Assembly (NCBI GenBank): GCA_039918435.1
Contig: JBDSHN010000073.1
Location: 14,267-78,266 of the forward strand
DNA from: Bacteroidia bacterium
Lineage (GTDB): Bacteria > Bacteroidota > Bacteroidia > Palsa-965
Reading direction: 5' to 3'
Length of the DNA: 64,000 nt
The stretch's first letter is position 1, and the number at the start of each line of letters is the position of its first letter. The position numbers and the translations under genes are program-made. Positions 9,363 to 20,086 of the stretch are shown in pieces. Under the pieces are notes generated by a model. The model was not told the DNA's origin. It saw nothing but the letters and a program-made list of their open reading frames with translations, and ran no database searches.

Positions 9363-10241
9363 TCAATCCAATCTCAGCCGATATGCGAAACCAAAAGTGA
9401 AAACTATATTATTTTCCATCGGCGCATAAACGGATGAAGCGTGCACCTCGTTTTTATTCTGATCGTCATACCGGATGAGACTGTACTTTAACATGTAAGC
9501 CACATCAGCAAACAGCAGCGCGTGCTTCCAAACGAAAAAATCAAAAAATACTTTTGCCTGGCTTTCTTTTATTCTGACAAAATCATTTTGATCATTTAAA
9601 CCAAGACGATAGGAACGCTGGTAATTTTTATAACCTATTCCGGTATAAAAATTCCTACAGATCTTATATTCCACGCGCATGTTGTTGGGCAAAATTCCAT
9701 AAACAGATAATCGTTTGTTTACTTTCCAGTCAATTCCTGCCAATGGAACGAAAAAATTTCCAAAGCATTCTCTGTTGTAATAAAGTCCGAATTTTATTTT
9801 CAAAGACGTATCGTTCGCTACATAATTAAACAAGGTTGTTCCTCCGAATTGAAAGTCATTTTTCGAAATATTGTCCCTCAAATCTGAGCTCAGTTTCGGC
9901 ATAGCCACGACTGCCGCTTTCCAATTTTTACTTTTACTCACAAACTGAAAGCCTACCGACGCGCCAAAAGCATACAGGTTTTCATAGGGTTCCAGCTTCC
10001 CTAGCTGCACAACTTCACCTGACAGCCGAAACAAAAACATATTATCATTGACAAATTTTTTGGGAATAAAAACAGAGCCGTTATAAGTTGTCGCCAGGCT
10101 GTTGGCACGGGACGAATCCTTATACTTTATTCCAAAAACCTGCGCATTCATATTTACAATGTCAACAAATGGTTGTGCCTTTACAAGGAATGGCGACAAC
10201 AGAAAGAGAAACGAAATAAAGAGATATGCTGCGTTTTTCAA
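9363..10241 (-). CDS. Putative outer-membrane beta-barrel protein (signal peptide, alternating amphipathic strands)
   Basis: N-terminal signal MKNAAYLFISFLFLLSPFLVKAQ. Aromatic-rich alternating pattern typical of OM barrels. No recognisable family. Confidence 0.5.
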   Translation of the reverse strand: MKNAAYLFISFLFLLSPFLVKAQPFVDIVNMNAQVFGIKYKDSSRANSLATTYNGSVFIPKKFVNDNMFLFRLSGEVVQLGKLEPYENLYAFGASVGFQFVSKSKNWKAAVVAMPKLSSDLRDNISKNDFQFGGTTLFNYVANDTSLKIKFGLYYNRECFGNFFVPLAGIDWKVNKRLSVYGILPNNMRVEYKICRNFYTGIGYKNYQRSYRLGLNDQNDFVRIKESQAKVFFDFFVWKHALLFADVAYMLKYSLIRYDDQNKNEVHASSVYAPMENNIVFTFGFAYRLRLD

Positions 10242-10321
10242 AGGAGGATTTGTTGGCTGTAATTGGTTGCCGGTTGTCAGTAGTCAATTTTCAGTGACCA
10301 GTTCTCAGTAAACAATCTCCT

Positions 10322-12142
10322 CTAGGCAAGAAGTGCGATGCGTGATTGAACTTCGTTGAGAATCTGCTGTTCTTCGGCGCTGATGTTTCCATCTGCATTT
10401 GCGGCTTTAAGCATCATCTCGTACACTTTTAATGCACCTTTCCGGTTTTCCGGCAGACGGATGGTAAGCTGGTTGTTTTTTGCAAGGTCATACATTCCTG
10501 CAAGTTTTGCATTATCATAACCAAGTTTTTTTGCAAGACGTTTTGTAAATTCAATTTCTTCCTGGTGAAAAATTCCATCAGCAGCTGCAATGAGCATCAC
10601 ATTATTCAGCGCATAATCACGCACTTTGAAAAGCGGGTCGAGATCATTTACTCCCGCATTGGTCACCAATGGCAAATCTTCATTGCTTGCAAAGTTGCTG
10701 TAAGCACTGGCAGGTAAAAGCTGTGTGATGATCCATTCATTTTTTGTGCTGTTCAATGCCGCACCGCAATACTGACAGTTGATATCAATTGTGTCACCAA
10801 CAGGTCCCGCGCAATTCGGACAACTGTGTGCATACAGTGAGCCTTTCGGAATGCCCGCCCCGGTATCACGCGATATCACCATTATTTCATTGGAAGTATA
10901 AGGTGCATAATCGATCAGCTGCAGATTTCCGGAAGCAATGCTCACTTTTTGAGCCGTTCGTTTAAAAGCAATGACCATATTATCTTTCCCTTTATCCTGG
11001 TAATAATCCATCAAAGTCACATTATTCAGGTAAAGACGATTGAAAGTATATGCAGGTTCTGATTTGAGCTGTGCACTGAGGTTTTCAAATAAAACATTAT
11101 CCACAAACCGGCGCATACGTTCCGGCTTTTTTGTAACCAGGGCCGACATGATCTGCATATAACCGTTGGAAGCTTTATCCTCGAGCAGCTGAACAGAAAA
11201 ATTTGCGTCGCGTTGCATTGCTGAACGAATTTTTTGTGTGAGTTTTCCGTTCTTATCCAGTTTCACATTATCATTTACATAATCCGCAGCCTGGGTAATT
11301 TCGGAAAGTACCCAATCATAATCACCAAGTGTAGTGATAACACCGCAGCTTTCGCATTTGCCTACTTCTCCCATATTTGAAGGAAGCTGCGATCCGCAGG
11401 ATGGACAATTCTGAGAATGGTAAATATCGTTTTCTGCAACGCCGCTTTTCCGGATAAATGTCCAGTATTCTACATTTTCAAGGTATCCTTCCGTGCTCAG
11501 TTCCGGATGATTTTTGGTAACGAAATTATCCATCATTGTAAAATGGATTCCTACATCAATCACATCATAATTTCCATCCTGCTGCACATCGGAAATCACG
11601 GTCTTTTTGATTTTTATTTCGTCCATGACATTCATCTGTCCCAATGTCTGCATGGTGATGAATTGTGTATTAAAACGCTGCCAGACGCCATCGGATATCC
11701 ATTTTCTCACGGACGATAAATCCTGTTTCATCCATGCAGTCTGAATTTCAGTGAATGCCGTTGTTACTTTGCCGTAAAATTTCTGCTCGTTAAAAGAAGG
11801 ATTGCGTTGCATAAATTCCATTGGAATAAACGCAGGTGCCTGGTCCATTGTATCGAAAGAAGCGATCTTATTAAGGCCCGAAAATGTTTTGACTTTTTTT
11901 CGTCCCAGGTAATAAATGAGCAACACTACAGCAATTGTGACGAAATTCCAGGGAAAAGGAATCAGGTAAATGATGTAATAGATGAGCACGATCAGCCCTC
12001 CGTCATCCCTGTCGCTGCCGCCGCCGCCGCCACCACCGGCACTTGCAAAAACGTGGGTAGTGATAATCAATAAAAGCAACGCAAAAATCCAGTGTTGATT
12101 TTTACCCTTGATAGCGTTTGAAAGGCTGGTGAGAAAATTCAT
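10322..12142 (-). CDS. Membrane protein with Gly-rich N-terminal loop, two Tim44-like domains each followed by a zinc-ribbon (CxxC..CxxC), and a C-terminal TerB-like domain
   Basis: TM-GGGGGGGSDRDDGG-TM, then two Tim44-like repeats. Cys pairs CPSCG...CESCG and CPNCAG...CQYCG. C-terminal helical segment resembling TerB/DjlA-N (VMLIAAADGIFHQEEIEF...ANADGNISAEEQQIL). Confidence 0.55.
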   Translation of the reverse strand: MNFLTSLSNAIKGKNQHWIFALLLLIITTHVFASAGGGGGGGSDRDDGGLIVLIYYIIYLIPFPWNFVTIAVVLLIYYLGRKKVKTFSGLNKIASFDTMDQAPAFIPMEFMQRNPSFNEQKFYGKVTTAFTEIQTAWMKQDLSSVRKWISDGVWQRFNTQFITMQTLGQMNVMDEIKIKKTVISDVQQDGNYDVIDVGIHFTMMDNFVTKNHPELSTEGYLENVEYWTFIRKSGVAENDIYHSQNCPSCGSQLPSNMGEVGKCESCGVITTLGDYDWVLSEITQAADYVNDNVKLDKNGKLTQKIRSAMQRDANFSVQLLEDKASNGYMQIMSALVTKKPERMRRFVDNVLFENLSAQLKSEPAYTFNRLYLNNVTLMDYYQDKGKDNMVIAFKRTAQKVSIASGNLQLIDYAPYTSNEIMVISRDTGAGIPKGSLYAHSCPNCAGPVGDTIDINCQYCGAALNSTKNEWIITQLLPASAYSNFASNEDLPLVTNAGVNDLDPLFKVRDYALNNVMLIAAADGIFHQEEIEFTKRLAKKLGYDNAKLAGMYDLAKNNQLTIRLPENRKGALKVYEMMLKAANADGNISAEEQQILNEVQSRIALLA

Positions 12143-12536
12143 GAGAATGGGGAGTTGAAAATATTACGGGTACGTACAAGATAAGCGACAATTATATGCA
12201 ATCTGCCTGCGAAAGTCAAATTTACAAAAACATCAAAAATCTTACATCTGTATGAATGAACAGGGGTTGACCAGGAAAAATTGCATTGATAATAGTATTA
12301 TTGTAATGGATAGAATTCCAGTGAAGATCAGCCGTTTCCCCGCTCCTTCAAACCCCTGGTTTAGCATCCGACGTTATGACCCTTCAAAAATTATTTTTCC
12401 CGCAGCACGGCCGGGAAATAACAGGATTTACTTTTTCCGTAATGGAAAATTGTCATCTTGTCCGAAGCTTCCAAAACAAAGATTCTCTTTCTGATCATGA
12501 AGATTATAATTCAATACTGACAGAAAAAACGAAGCC

Positions 12537-15500
12537 ATGAATACATTTTTGCAACAGCAGATTCAAAAACATTTTGGAGCGTCTGAAAATATTCCTGAAG
12601 AGATGGCTTCTCTTTTCGAAGACATCAGTCACTCGTATGATCAGCATGAAAAAGAAAAGATTGCCGACACGGCCGATACGCTCAGCAAAGAAACGACCGG
12701 ATCCACAATTTTATCTTCTGATCTTCAGTCTTTATTCGAGAATATACAGGAAGCGCTTTTTGCGGTGGAAATAAAGTTTACCGGCAAAAAACCTGTTTTC
12801 AGAACTTTACACATGTCTCCAGCCTGTTTAACCGTGTATGGTTATGACAGCAAAAGTTTCATGGATAATCCGACGTTGTTGAGGGATATTACTATCGAAG
12901 ATGACAGGCATATCCTGGACCATCATTTTCCGATATTGTTGAGAGGAGAGGCAATTGCACATGATTATCGCATCAGGCATAAAGACGGATCAACGCGTTG
13001 GATCTCCACGAAGGTCACTCCTACCCTTGACCAGGCCGGCATACTTATCCGGATCGATGGTGTTACAAATGATATAAATGAAAAGAAGCTCGCTGAAAAG
13101 AAACTTGAAGAAGCTCACAATGAATTGAACCGCATACTGGAAAATATCAGCGAGGTTGTTTTTTCATTGAATATGGTCACCGGTAAATACGCTTATATCT
13201 CTGCCGCATGCAGTATTGTATATGGTTACCCGGTAAGCGAGTTCATTAAAAATCCGATGTTGTGGAAAGATGTTATTCATCCTGAGGACACGCATATTAT
13301 TGATACGGATAATGAACCATTGTACGAGGGGAAAATACTTCCTAAACAATTCCGTATCATTCACAGCGACAAAAGCATTCGATGGCTTGCTGCACGTGTA
13401 AAACCCACACTTGATGAAAAAGGAAAACTGCTCATGCTGGATATTTTCGTTAACGATATAACAGCAACAAAACAGGCGCAGCAAAAGCTTGAAATTGCAA
13501 ACAACGACTTCAATAAGCTTTTTCACAATCTTAATGAAGTGTTTTATTCTGTGGATATGGTTTCTTTCAGACTTATTCAAATGTCGGAAGCATGTGAGAA
13601 AGTATATGGTTATGTTTCGAATGAATTTCTTACGCAGCCTGGCCTTTGGCAAGAAGTAATTCATCCTGATGATAAACATATTTCACACAATCAGGTGCAA
13701 ACGCTTAAAAAAGGCCAGCAGGTTTTTAATCAATACCGCATCATTCACAAAGACGGCAGTATACACTGGATCGAAAATAAAATCATACCGACACTGGACG
13801 AAACAGGTCGTCTTATACGCATTGATGGTCTTACGAATGACATCACTTCTAAAAGAAACAACGCTCAGAAATTACAGGAAAGTGAAATGCGCTTCCGCAC
13901 GCTTATTGAAAACAGCGCGGATATGCTTACGCTTATTGGTGAGGACAGAAAAATATTTTATGAAAGTCATTCTGTAGCGAAAACCCTTGGTTACCTTCCA
14001 GAAGAAAATCTTGGCAACTTCGGTTATGCTTTAGTTCATCCTGAAGATCAAAAGAATGTAGAAGAAATTTTTGGGTATATCCTGCGAAATAAGGATGTTC
14101 CAGTTGCCATAACTTATCGTGTAAAGAAAAAAGATGGCGATTACATTTGTATTGAAGGCCATGTAACCAACATGCTTCATATCCAGGGAATAAATGCCAT
14201 TGCATGCAATTACAGAGACGTAACAAAGCGTATTGAAGCAGAAGAAAGTCTTGCAGAAAGTCAGAGCAGGTACAGGATGGTGTATGAAAATCCATTTCTT
14301 GGAATTGCGATCGGTTCTATTGATGGCGTTTTACAAAATGTGAATGATGCCTTTTGTAAGATGCTTGGTTATACGCGGCAGGAGTTGAAGAGTAACCATT
14401 TCTCAAAATTCACATTACCGGAGGATGCTGAAAAAGAGCTCCCGTTTATTCTTCGAATGGCCAATGGAGAATTAGATACGTATCAGCTGGAGAAGCGCTA
14501 TGTTACAAAATCGAAAAAAATAATCTGGGTAGAACTCAGTGTCAGTGCAGTGAAAGATGCTGCAGGCAAAGATTCTTTTGTTGTTGCGGTTGTCCAGGAC
14601 ATTACTCCGAAAAAAACGGCAGAAGAATCCCTTCGCAAATCAGAAGCTAACCTGAAAAACATCCTTGAGAATACCGATACTGCTTATGTGCTGTTGGACG
14701 AACAGGCACATATTATTTCCTTTAACCGGCTTGCGGAAGAATTCGCTTTGAAAGAAATGAAAATGCCGCTTGAAGAAGGAAAAGATTATGCAGGGATAAC
14801 ACTTTCGGAAAATCGTGATGCTATTAAAGCGGTTATTACTAATATACTACAGACAAAAGTGCCTTATCGTTATGAGCTAAAATACACGAGCCCGGATGAT
14901 ACAGACAAATGGGTTTCAGTAAGCATGCATCCAATTTCTGATCACACAGGAAAAGTGCTGGGAGTAAGCGTTGCTACAACAGACATAACGAAAAGAAAAT
15001 ACACCGAACAACTTATTAAACTGAGTAATGAACGCCATGAGCTAGTGACGAAAGCTACGAACGATGTGATCTGGGATTGGGACATTAAAAACAATAAGCT
15101 CTATCGTTCCGAAAATTACAAGCAGGTATTCGGATATGCTGATTCCGGGGATAATGCTTATATCCAATCGGAAAGCAATTTAGCCCAGGGCGGTTACGAT
15201 TTTATTCGATCAGAAGCCAACCATATTCATCCTGAAGATGGAGAGCGGATATTCAATAGCATTACTCAAAAAATAGAGGATTCGAACGCTATCCTTTGGG
15301 AAGATGAGTATCGCTACTACAGGCATAATGGTGAGCTGGCTTATGTGCAGGACAGGGGCTATATTATTTATAATGAAAATAAAAAGCCTGTGCGTATGGT
15401 TGGTGCCATGCGCGACATCACCGCAGGAAAAATATTTGAAATTGAACGCGACAAAATCACAGCAGACCTGATCAGGCAAAATAAAAATCTGGAACAGTTC

Positions 15501-16199
15501 GCTTATATCGTATCGCATAACCTCCGCGCCCCGCTTGCAAACATCAGCGGTTTGTTGCGCATCATTCAAGCGCCCCGGCTCGAAGCAAAAATCAGAAAGA
15601 TGACCATGGATGGGTTGGTTACGTCCGTTCAAAAACTGGATGACGTCATTAACGATCTCACCAATATTCTCCAGGTAAAAAGAGGGATAAATGAAAAGAG
15701 AGAAGTGCTGTATTTTTCATCCCTGCTTGAAGATATCAAGATCAGCGTTGAGCATTTTATTGAAAAGGAAAATGTCTCATTCAAGATGGACTTTTCTGCC
15801 CCTTCTATTTATAGCGTAAAAAGTTACATGCACAGTATTTTTTACAACCTCATCTCCAACAGCATCAAATACAAAGCAGCCGGCCGGGATCCTGTTATTG
15901 AAATCAACAGCAGGGAAACCGAGAGCAAAATAATCCTCACATTTAAAGATAATGGCAGCGGAATTGACTTGTCGCTATATGGCGATAAAATTTTCGGGCT
16001 CTACAAACGCTTTCATTATGATGTGGAAGGAAGAGGAATGGGATTATTTATGGTGAAAACTCAGGTTGAATCGCTGGAAGGAAATATTACAGTGACGAGC
16101 GAACTCAATAAAGGAACGACATTCACCATTGAATTTGAAAAGAAATCAATTGCAGTTCCGGTTTTGACAGAATTTACTCAAAACCTTACATCCGTATGA
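12537..16199 (+). CDS. Multi-PAS sensor histidine kinase (at least 7 PAS/PAC modules, HisKA, HATPase_c)
   Basis: Repeated PAS/PAC blocks (…YRIRHKDGSTRWI…, …YRIIHKDGSIHWI…). H-box YIVSHNLRAPLANISG. ATPase N/G boxes NLISNSIKY and GRGMGLFMV. Confidence 0.9.
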   Translation: MNTFLQQQIQKHFGASENIPEEMASLFEDISHSYDQHEKEKIADTADTLSKETTGSTILSSDLQSLFENIQEALFAVEIKFTGKKPVFRTLHMSPACLTVYGYDSKSFMDNPTLLRDITIEDDRHILDHHFPILLRGEAIAHDYRIRHKDGSTRWISTKVTPTLDQAGILIRIDGVTNDINEKKLAEKKLEEAHNELNRILENISEVVFSLNMVTGKYAYISAACSIVYGYPVSEFIKNPMLWKDVIHPEDTHIIDTDNEPLYEGKILPKQFRIIHSDKSIRWLAARVKPTLDEKGKLLMLDIFVNDITATKQAQQKLEIANNDFNKLFHNLNEVFYSVDMVSFRLIQMSEACEKVYGYVSNEFLTQPGLWQEVIHPDDKHISHNQVQTLKKGQQVFNQYRIIHKDGSIHWIENKIIPTLDETGRLIRIDGLTNDITSKRNNAQKLQESEMRFRTLIENSADMLTLIGEDRKIFYESHSVAKTLGYLPEENLGNFGYALVHPEDQKNVEEIFGYILRNKDVPVAITYRVKKKDGDYICIEGHVTNMLHIQGINAIACNYRDVTKRIEAEESLAESQSRYRMVYENPFLGIAIGSIDGVLQNVNDAFCKMLGYTRQELKSNHFSKFTLPEDAEKELPFILRMANGELDTYQLEKRYVTKSKKIIWVELSVSAVKDAAGKDSFVVAVVQDITPKKTAEESLRKSEANLKNILENTDTAYVLLDEQAHIISFNRLAEEFALKEMKMPLEEGKDYAGITLSENRDAIKAVITNILQTKVPYRYELKYTSPDDTDKWVSVSMHPISDHTGKVLGVSVATTDITKRKYTEQLIKLSNERHELVTKATNDVIWDWDIKNNKLYRSENYKQVFGYADSGDNAYIQSESNLAQGGYDFIRSEANHIHPEDGERIFNSITQKIEDSNAILWEDEYRYYRHNGELAYVQDRGYIIYNENKKPVRMVGAMRDITAGKIFEIERDKITADLIRQNKNLEQFAYIVSHNLRAPLANISGLLRIIQAPRLEAKIRKMTMDGLVTSVQKLDDVINDLTNILQVKRGINEKREVLYFSSLLEDIKISVEHFIEKENVSFKMDFSAPSIYSVKSYMHSIFYNLISNSIKYKAAGRDPVIEINSRETESKIILTFKDNGSGIDLSLYGDKIFGLYKRFHYDVEGRGMGLFMVKTQVESLEGNITVTSELNKGTTFTIEFEKKSIAVPVLTEFTQNLTSV

Positions 16200-16307
16200 A
16201 ACAAGGCAAATTGCATTTTATCAGGCTAAGCCTTTGTTGTAGCATTGCAGTGCATTAACCACCACCCCCATCAATCAGTAAATTATAAAAAGCATAAACT
16301 CCCTGGA

Positions 16308-18161
16308 ATGAATACTATTTTATCTGACCTCAGCCTTACACATTGGCTGGCGATCTTGTTATCCGCACTGCCTGCCCTTCTCAATCTTTTTATTTTTATT
16401 TACGTGAGGGTGAAATTTCCATCGGATAAAATATCAAGAGTCTTTTCCTTTTACCTGATTGCTTTAATTTCCTTTCAGGTCTCCGATACATTTCTCCGGA
16501 TGAGCAATACGCTTGAAGCGGCCACTATGTGGAGTTCTATATTTATGTTTGGTGTACTTTTTATGACGCCCATCGGGTTACATTTCACCTTGCTTTTTAT
16601 CGGAAAGAAAAAAATTGCTGATTCCTTTGTATTTCAACTTTTTCTTTATTTGCCGGTTGCCGTTTTGCTTATTCTCCTGCTGGTAGGTAAAACTGCTTTC
16701 CAATTCTATCCATCTGATTTCTGGGGATGGGTTTATAAAGATGCAGCCTCACCAATAAGCATTTTGTCGGGTTACCTCGCGGGCTCGCAAGGAATTATGA
16801 TGCTTGTGCTATTGATCGTTCATGCCGTAAGATCGCCGGCAGGAAGTATGAAGAGAAAACAATCACAGCTTATGGCAGCGGGTCTTTCAATTCCACTGGT
16901 AATGGCTATTTGCACCGAGGTGGTTCTCCCGCTTATAAATGGTGAAAAATCCATTCCGCTTTCTTCCGCTTTTATGACCTTCTTTTCAGCATCCATTCTG
17001 ATTGCATTAAAAAGGCTCGGACTTTTCAGCGTTAGCTCTTTGCAGACGGAAACCATTCTCCAGGCGATGAAAGATGTAATTATTATTGTTTCTCCGGATA
17101 GGAAAATACAATATGTAAATAAACAAGGAGAAATTATACTCGGCATAAAGGACGTGGACAAGCATGACCAGCATCTTGAAGATTTCCTTACATTAAAAAA
17201 TGAAGAAGCAGGCAAAATAACAGACCAGCTGATTTTTCCTGTGCTGGAGGGAGAAAATGCAATCAGCTACTCAACGGAGTTCATCTCCGAATCCGGGCGC
17301 AGGATTCCTGTACTGATATCAGCAACCTCTTTCAGAGGACTACCAGGCAAACAATTGGTCATGTTATTGATTCATGATATGTCTGAATTAATACAGGCTG
17401 AAAAACAACTCGCCATTCATGAAGAAGAGTTGAAAGAAAAGAAGGAAGAGCTTAATACATTTTTTTATCGTACAACACATGATCTTAAAGGGCCGGTTGC
17501 TTCAATTATTGGTTTAACACGATTGGCAAAAAAAGAAACTGATGTTAAAGTAATTGGCATGTGCGTGGATAAAATTGAGCAGAGTGCTTCCCGGCTGGAT
17601 AATATTCTTCTTGACTTCATCAAAATTATGCAGATCAAGGAAAGAACGACAGAAATCCAACTCATCAATTTTTACAAGCTATCCGACAGTATTGTTCAAT
17701 CGATTAAATATTCAACCGGCCGTGACATTGTTGATTTTAAAGTTTGGGTTGAACCAAATCTTATTTTTCACGGCGACGAAAAGCTGATCGACACCATACT
17801 TTATAATCTTGTTGCAAATGCAGTTAATTACAGAAAACAAAATGGCGAAGAAGATCCATTTGTTTATATACAGATCCGCAGTTTTGGCAATGGCATAATG
17901 ATGAAAGTAATGGACAATGGAATTGGCATCCGAAAAGATGTTCAAAGTAAAATCTTCAATCTCTTTTTCCGTGGCACAGAAGATTCAAAAGGAACTGGTC
18001 TTGGACTCTACATTTTAAAGAATGCACTTGACAAATTAAATGGCCGCGTGATATTGGAAAGTGAAATAAATAAAGGCTCTACCTTTTCCGTGTATTTGCC
18101 AGACTTAAATCCTGCAATGCCTTCAACAAACCTGACGGTAGTTTATTCTTCTGCTTCTTAA
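16308..18161 (+). CDS. Membrane-anchored sensor histidine kinase (multi-TM N-terminal sensor, PAS, HisKA, HATPase_c)
   Basis: About 7 hydrophobic helices. PAS-like middle. H-box TTHDLKGPVASIIGL. N/G boxes LVANAVNY and GTGLGLYIL. An in-frame ATG at 16245 is an alternative start. Confidence 0.85.
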   Translation: MNTILSDLSLTHWLAILLSALPALLNLFIFIYVRVKFPSDKISRVFSFYLIALISFQVSDTFLRMSNTLEAATMWSSIFMFGVLFMTPIGLHFTLLFIGKKKIADSFVFQLFLYLPVAVLLILLLVGKTAFQFYPSDFWGWVYKDAASPISILSGYLAGSQGIMMLVLLIVHAVRSPAGSMKRKQSQLMAAGLSIPLVMAICTEVVLPLINGEKSIPLSSAFMTFFSASILIALKRLGLFSVSSLQTETILQAMKDVIIIVSPDRKIQYVNKQGEIILGIKDVDKHDQHLEDFLTLKNEEAGKITDQLIFPVLEGENAISYSTEFISESGRRIPVLISATSFRGLPGKQLVMLLIHDMSELIQAEKQLAIHEEELKEKKEELNTFFYRTTHDLKGPVASIIGLTRLAKKETDVKVIGMCVDKIEQSASRLDNILLDFIKIMQIKERTTEIQLINFYKLSDSIVQSIKYSTGRDIVDFKVWVEPNLIFHGDEKLIDTILYNLVANAVNYRKQNGEEDPFVYIQIRSFGNGIMMKVMDNGIGIRKDVQSKIFNLFFRGTEDSKGTGLGLYILKNALDKLNGRVILESEINKGSTFSVYLPDLNPAMPSTNLTVVYSSAS

Positions 18162-18166
18162 AACAG

Positions 18167-18850
18167 CTAACCTTCCATAGCATGAATGGATCGTTCTGTA
18201 TTGCCTGTGGAAAGTGGCCTCATCAGCATCACAACATAAATAACAGTAATGCTTATAATAGCAGAGAAAAAGCACCATACGGAAAGTGCATACTCATTGA
18301 AAAATATTCGTGCAATAATATAAGAACCGAAAATTATGAGCCCGAGCGAAGTCATTCGTTTTGCGCTTGATACAATACAGGAAAGCACTGTAGGGATAAA
18401 ATAGAATAAAGCGGCCACCAGCGAATGTGCTAAAGGAAATCCAAGCTCGTATTTCAAATGATGAGAATCCGGAAAGGCAATTGCAGTATATACAAACAAG
18501 CCATACGAGACATAAACAGAAAGTGTAATTCCTACAAGCAGGAACGCTTTCAATACTATCTTTCGTGCAGGATTCTTCTCCACCATCAGCACTGAAAACG
18601 GAACCCAGGATGGCCATATTACCTGGGCGAATACAAGAAACAGGAACATCGAAAGTTGCCTGAACTTTTCAAATTCTGCATGGCTAAAACTGAGCCAGAG
18701 AAATCCCTCTGCTAATTGCTGTGTGGCAAAAATAAAAGGTATACATGCAAAAAAAATCTGCTCCCTGGAAGAACATTTTTTTACTGCAACAATTCCGGTA
18801 ACTGTCAGAACGGCACTCGCAGTAAAACTTACTTCGGCAGAAAAACACAT
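18167..18850 (-). CDS. Hypothetical polytopic membrane protein (about 7 TM)
   Basis: Long ORF that is hydrophobic throughout. Convergent with the preceding kinase, with only 5 bp between them. No family recognised. Confidence 0.5.
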   Translation of the reverse strand: MCFSAEVSFTASAVLTVTGIVAVKKCSSREQIFFACIPFIFATQQLAEGFLWLSFSHAEFEKFRQLSMFLFLVFAQVIWPSWVPFSVLMVEKNPARKIVLKAFLLVGITLSVYVSYGLFVYTAIAFPDSHHLKYELGFPLAHSLVAALFYFIPTVLSCIVSSAKRMTSLGLIIFGSYIIARIFFNEYALSVWCFFSAIISITVIYVVMLMRPLSTGNTERSIHAMEG

Positions 18851-18878
18851 ATTCTGATAAGATTACTTAAAAGATAAA

Positions 18879-19328
18879 TTAATTATCAGCATTACTGTAT
18901 AAATTATTTTCCTCATCCTCACTCCCGATATCCTCCTGCTTATCATCCAGTTCTGCGCCCGGTACAATTAAATCTTTCCCTTCCATGTCGACTGGAAAAA
19001 TCCGTTCCTTCAACTGTTCATCAGCTCCCATATCCATCGCCAGTTCTTCGCTACCAAGATTTCTCAGATCTTCATTTGTTACATCTGCACTGTTTCCTTG
19101 CCGCAGCAAATTATCATTTGTTGAGCCTTTTGAAATTACACCATCCACAACAAACGGTTTTTCCGGATTCTCAATATCAATCGCAAATTTTTCTTTTTCC
19201 GTATTCATAATATCTTCTGATTCCGGATAATGTGGATAACCGGGAAGATTTTCATTTTCCTTGTTTTTAGAATTCGTAATATCTTCTTTTTTATTTACGG
19301 AAGATTTATCATTGTCTTGCTTTTTCAT
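18879..19328 (-). CDS. Hypothetical acidic, low-complexity (probably disordered) protein
   Basis: 149 aa rich in D/E/N/K. Same strand and 28 bp upstream of the membrane-protein gene. Confidence 0.4.
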   Translation of the reverse strand: MKKQDNDKSSVNKKEDITNSKNKENENLPGYPHYPESEDIMNTEKEKFAIDIENPEKPFVVDGVISKGSTNDNLLRQGNSADVTNEDLRNLGSEELAMDMGADEQLKERIFPVDMEGKDLIVPGAELDDKQEDIGSEDEENNLYSNADN

Positions 19329-19752
19329 AATGCCTTGTTTTAAATAATCAGTTACAAATAAAGTGCCGGTACTTGAATCATGTTCGCTGGAAATTGTTGA
19401 TTTTCATATTATCCTTATAAAAATTAACCTCCGACAAACAAATGCCAAAGGTCAATGCTTCAACCCTTAACATCTTTAAATGACGAAAACGGGAATAATT
19501 TTCTACATATTTTAAACGAGCATAAGATTACTAAAACCAATATAATGATGACGAGACTTCACTGTATGGAAAAGAAATATAGCCCTGGCATTTTGCGTCT
19601 CGTTCGCTGTTTTGTTTTCTTCCCTGGTTTCTATTTTGAAAATACAAACGTGTGATTTTCTTTGAATGCAGTTACTTTTTTTCCAATGCAGAAGTCAGAA
19701 CAGGTGGTACAACGTGTTCTTTTTTACTGTTTACCGCATAGCAATCCACTTT

Positions 19753-20049
19753 TTATAAGAAGATAATGAGCAGGATAATAATCAACAAAAGCGCTCCACC
19801 TGAAATATAAATCGCACCGCCATCATGACTTTTAGCAGCGTTTTCAGATTTACTTTTGTTTTCTTTTTTAGAAAACATATCAGGGTGTTTCGTTTTAAAA
19901 TCGTCAATTTTTTTCTCCATTGCCGGAGTAACAACCGGTGGTGCTGTTGCTTCTGTAGCTGCGCTTACAACAGGAAGCGTTTCAGCCATCAATGGATATG
20001 CGAATAATGAAAGGCCTGCAATCATTAAACAACTAAACATCTTTTTCAT
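19753..20049 (-). CDS. Small secreted/C-terminally anchored protein, paralog 1 (signal peptide, KHKHP motif, C-terminal hydrophobic anchor)
   Basis: MKKMFSCLMIAGLSLFA signal, conserved core, and a C-terminal ALLLIIILLIIFL helix. Clearly paralogous to the next gene. Confidence 0.6.
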   Translation of the reverse strand: MKKMFSCLMIAGLSLFAYPLMAETLPVVSAATEATAPPVVTPAMEKKIDDFKTKHPDMFSKKENKSKSENAAKSHDGGAIYISGGALLLIIILLIIFL

Positions 20050-20086
20050 AAATAATTTTTTAGGTTTGTTTTAATCTCTTCGAATC

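Noticed and set aside
12252-12494. 80-aa ORF in the divergent intergenic region before the multi-PAS kinase
   Set aside because: - No RBS, an odd composition, and it lies in a promoter region.
- Probably non-coding, though not rigorously excluded.
19455-19655. 66-aa ORF in the 420-bp gap upstream of small-protein paralog 1
   Set aside because: - Opposite strand to all neighbours, no RBS, and low-complexity.
- Likely a promoter region.
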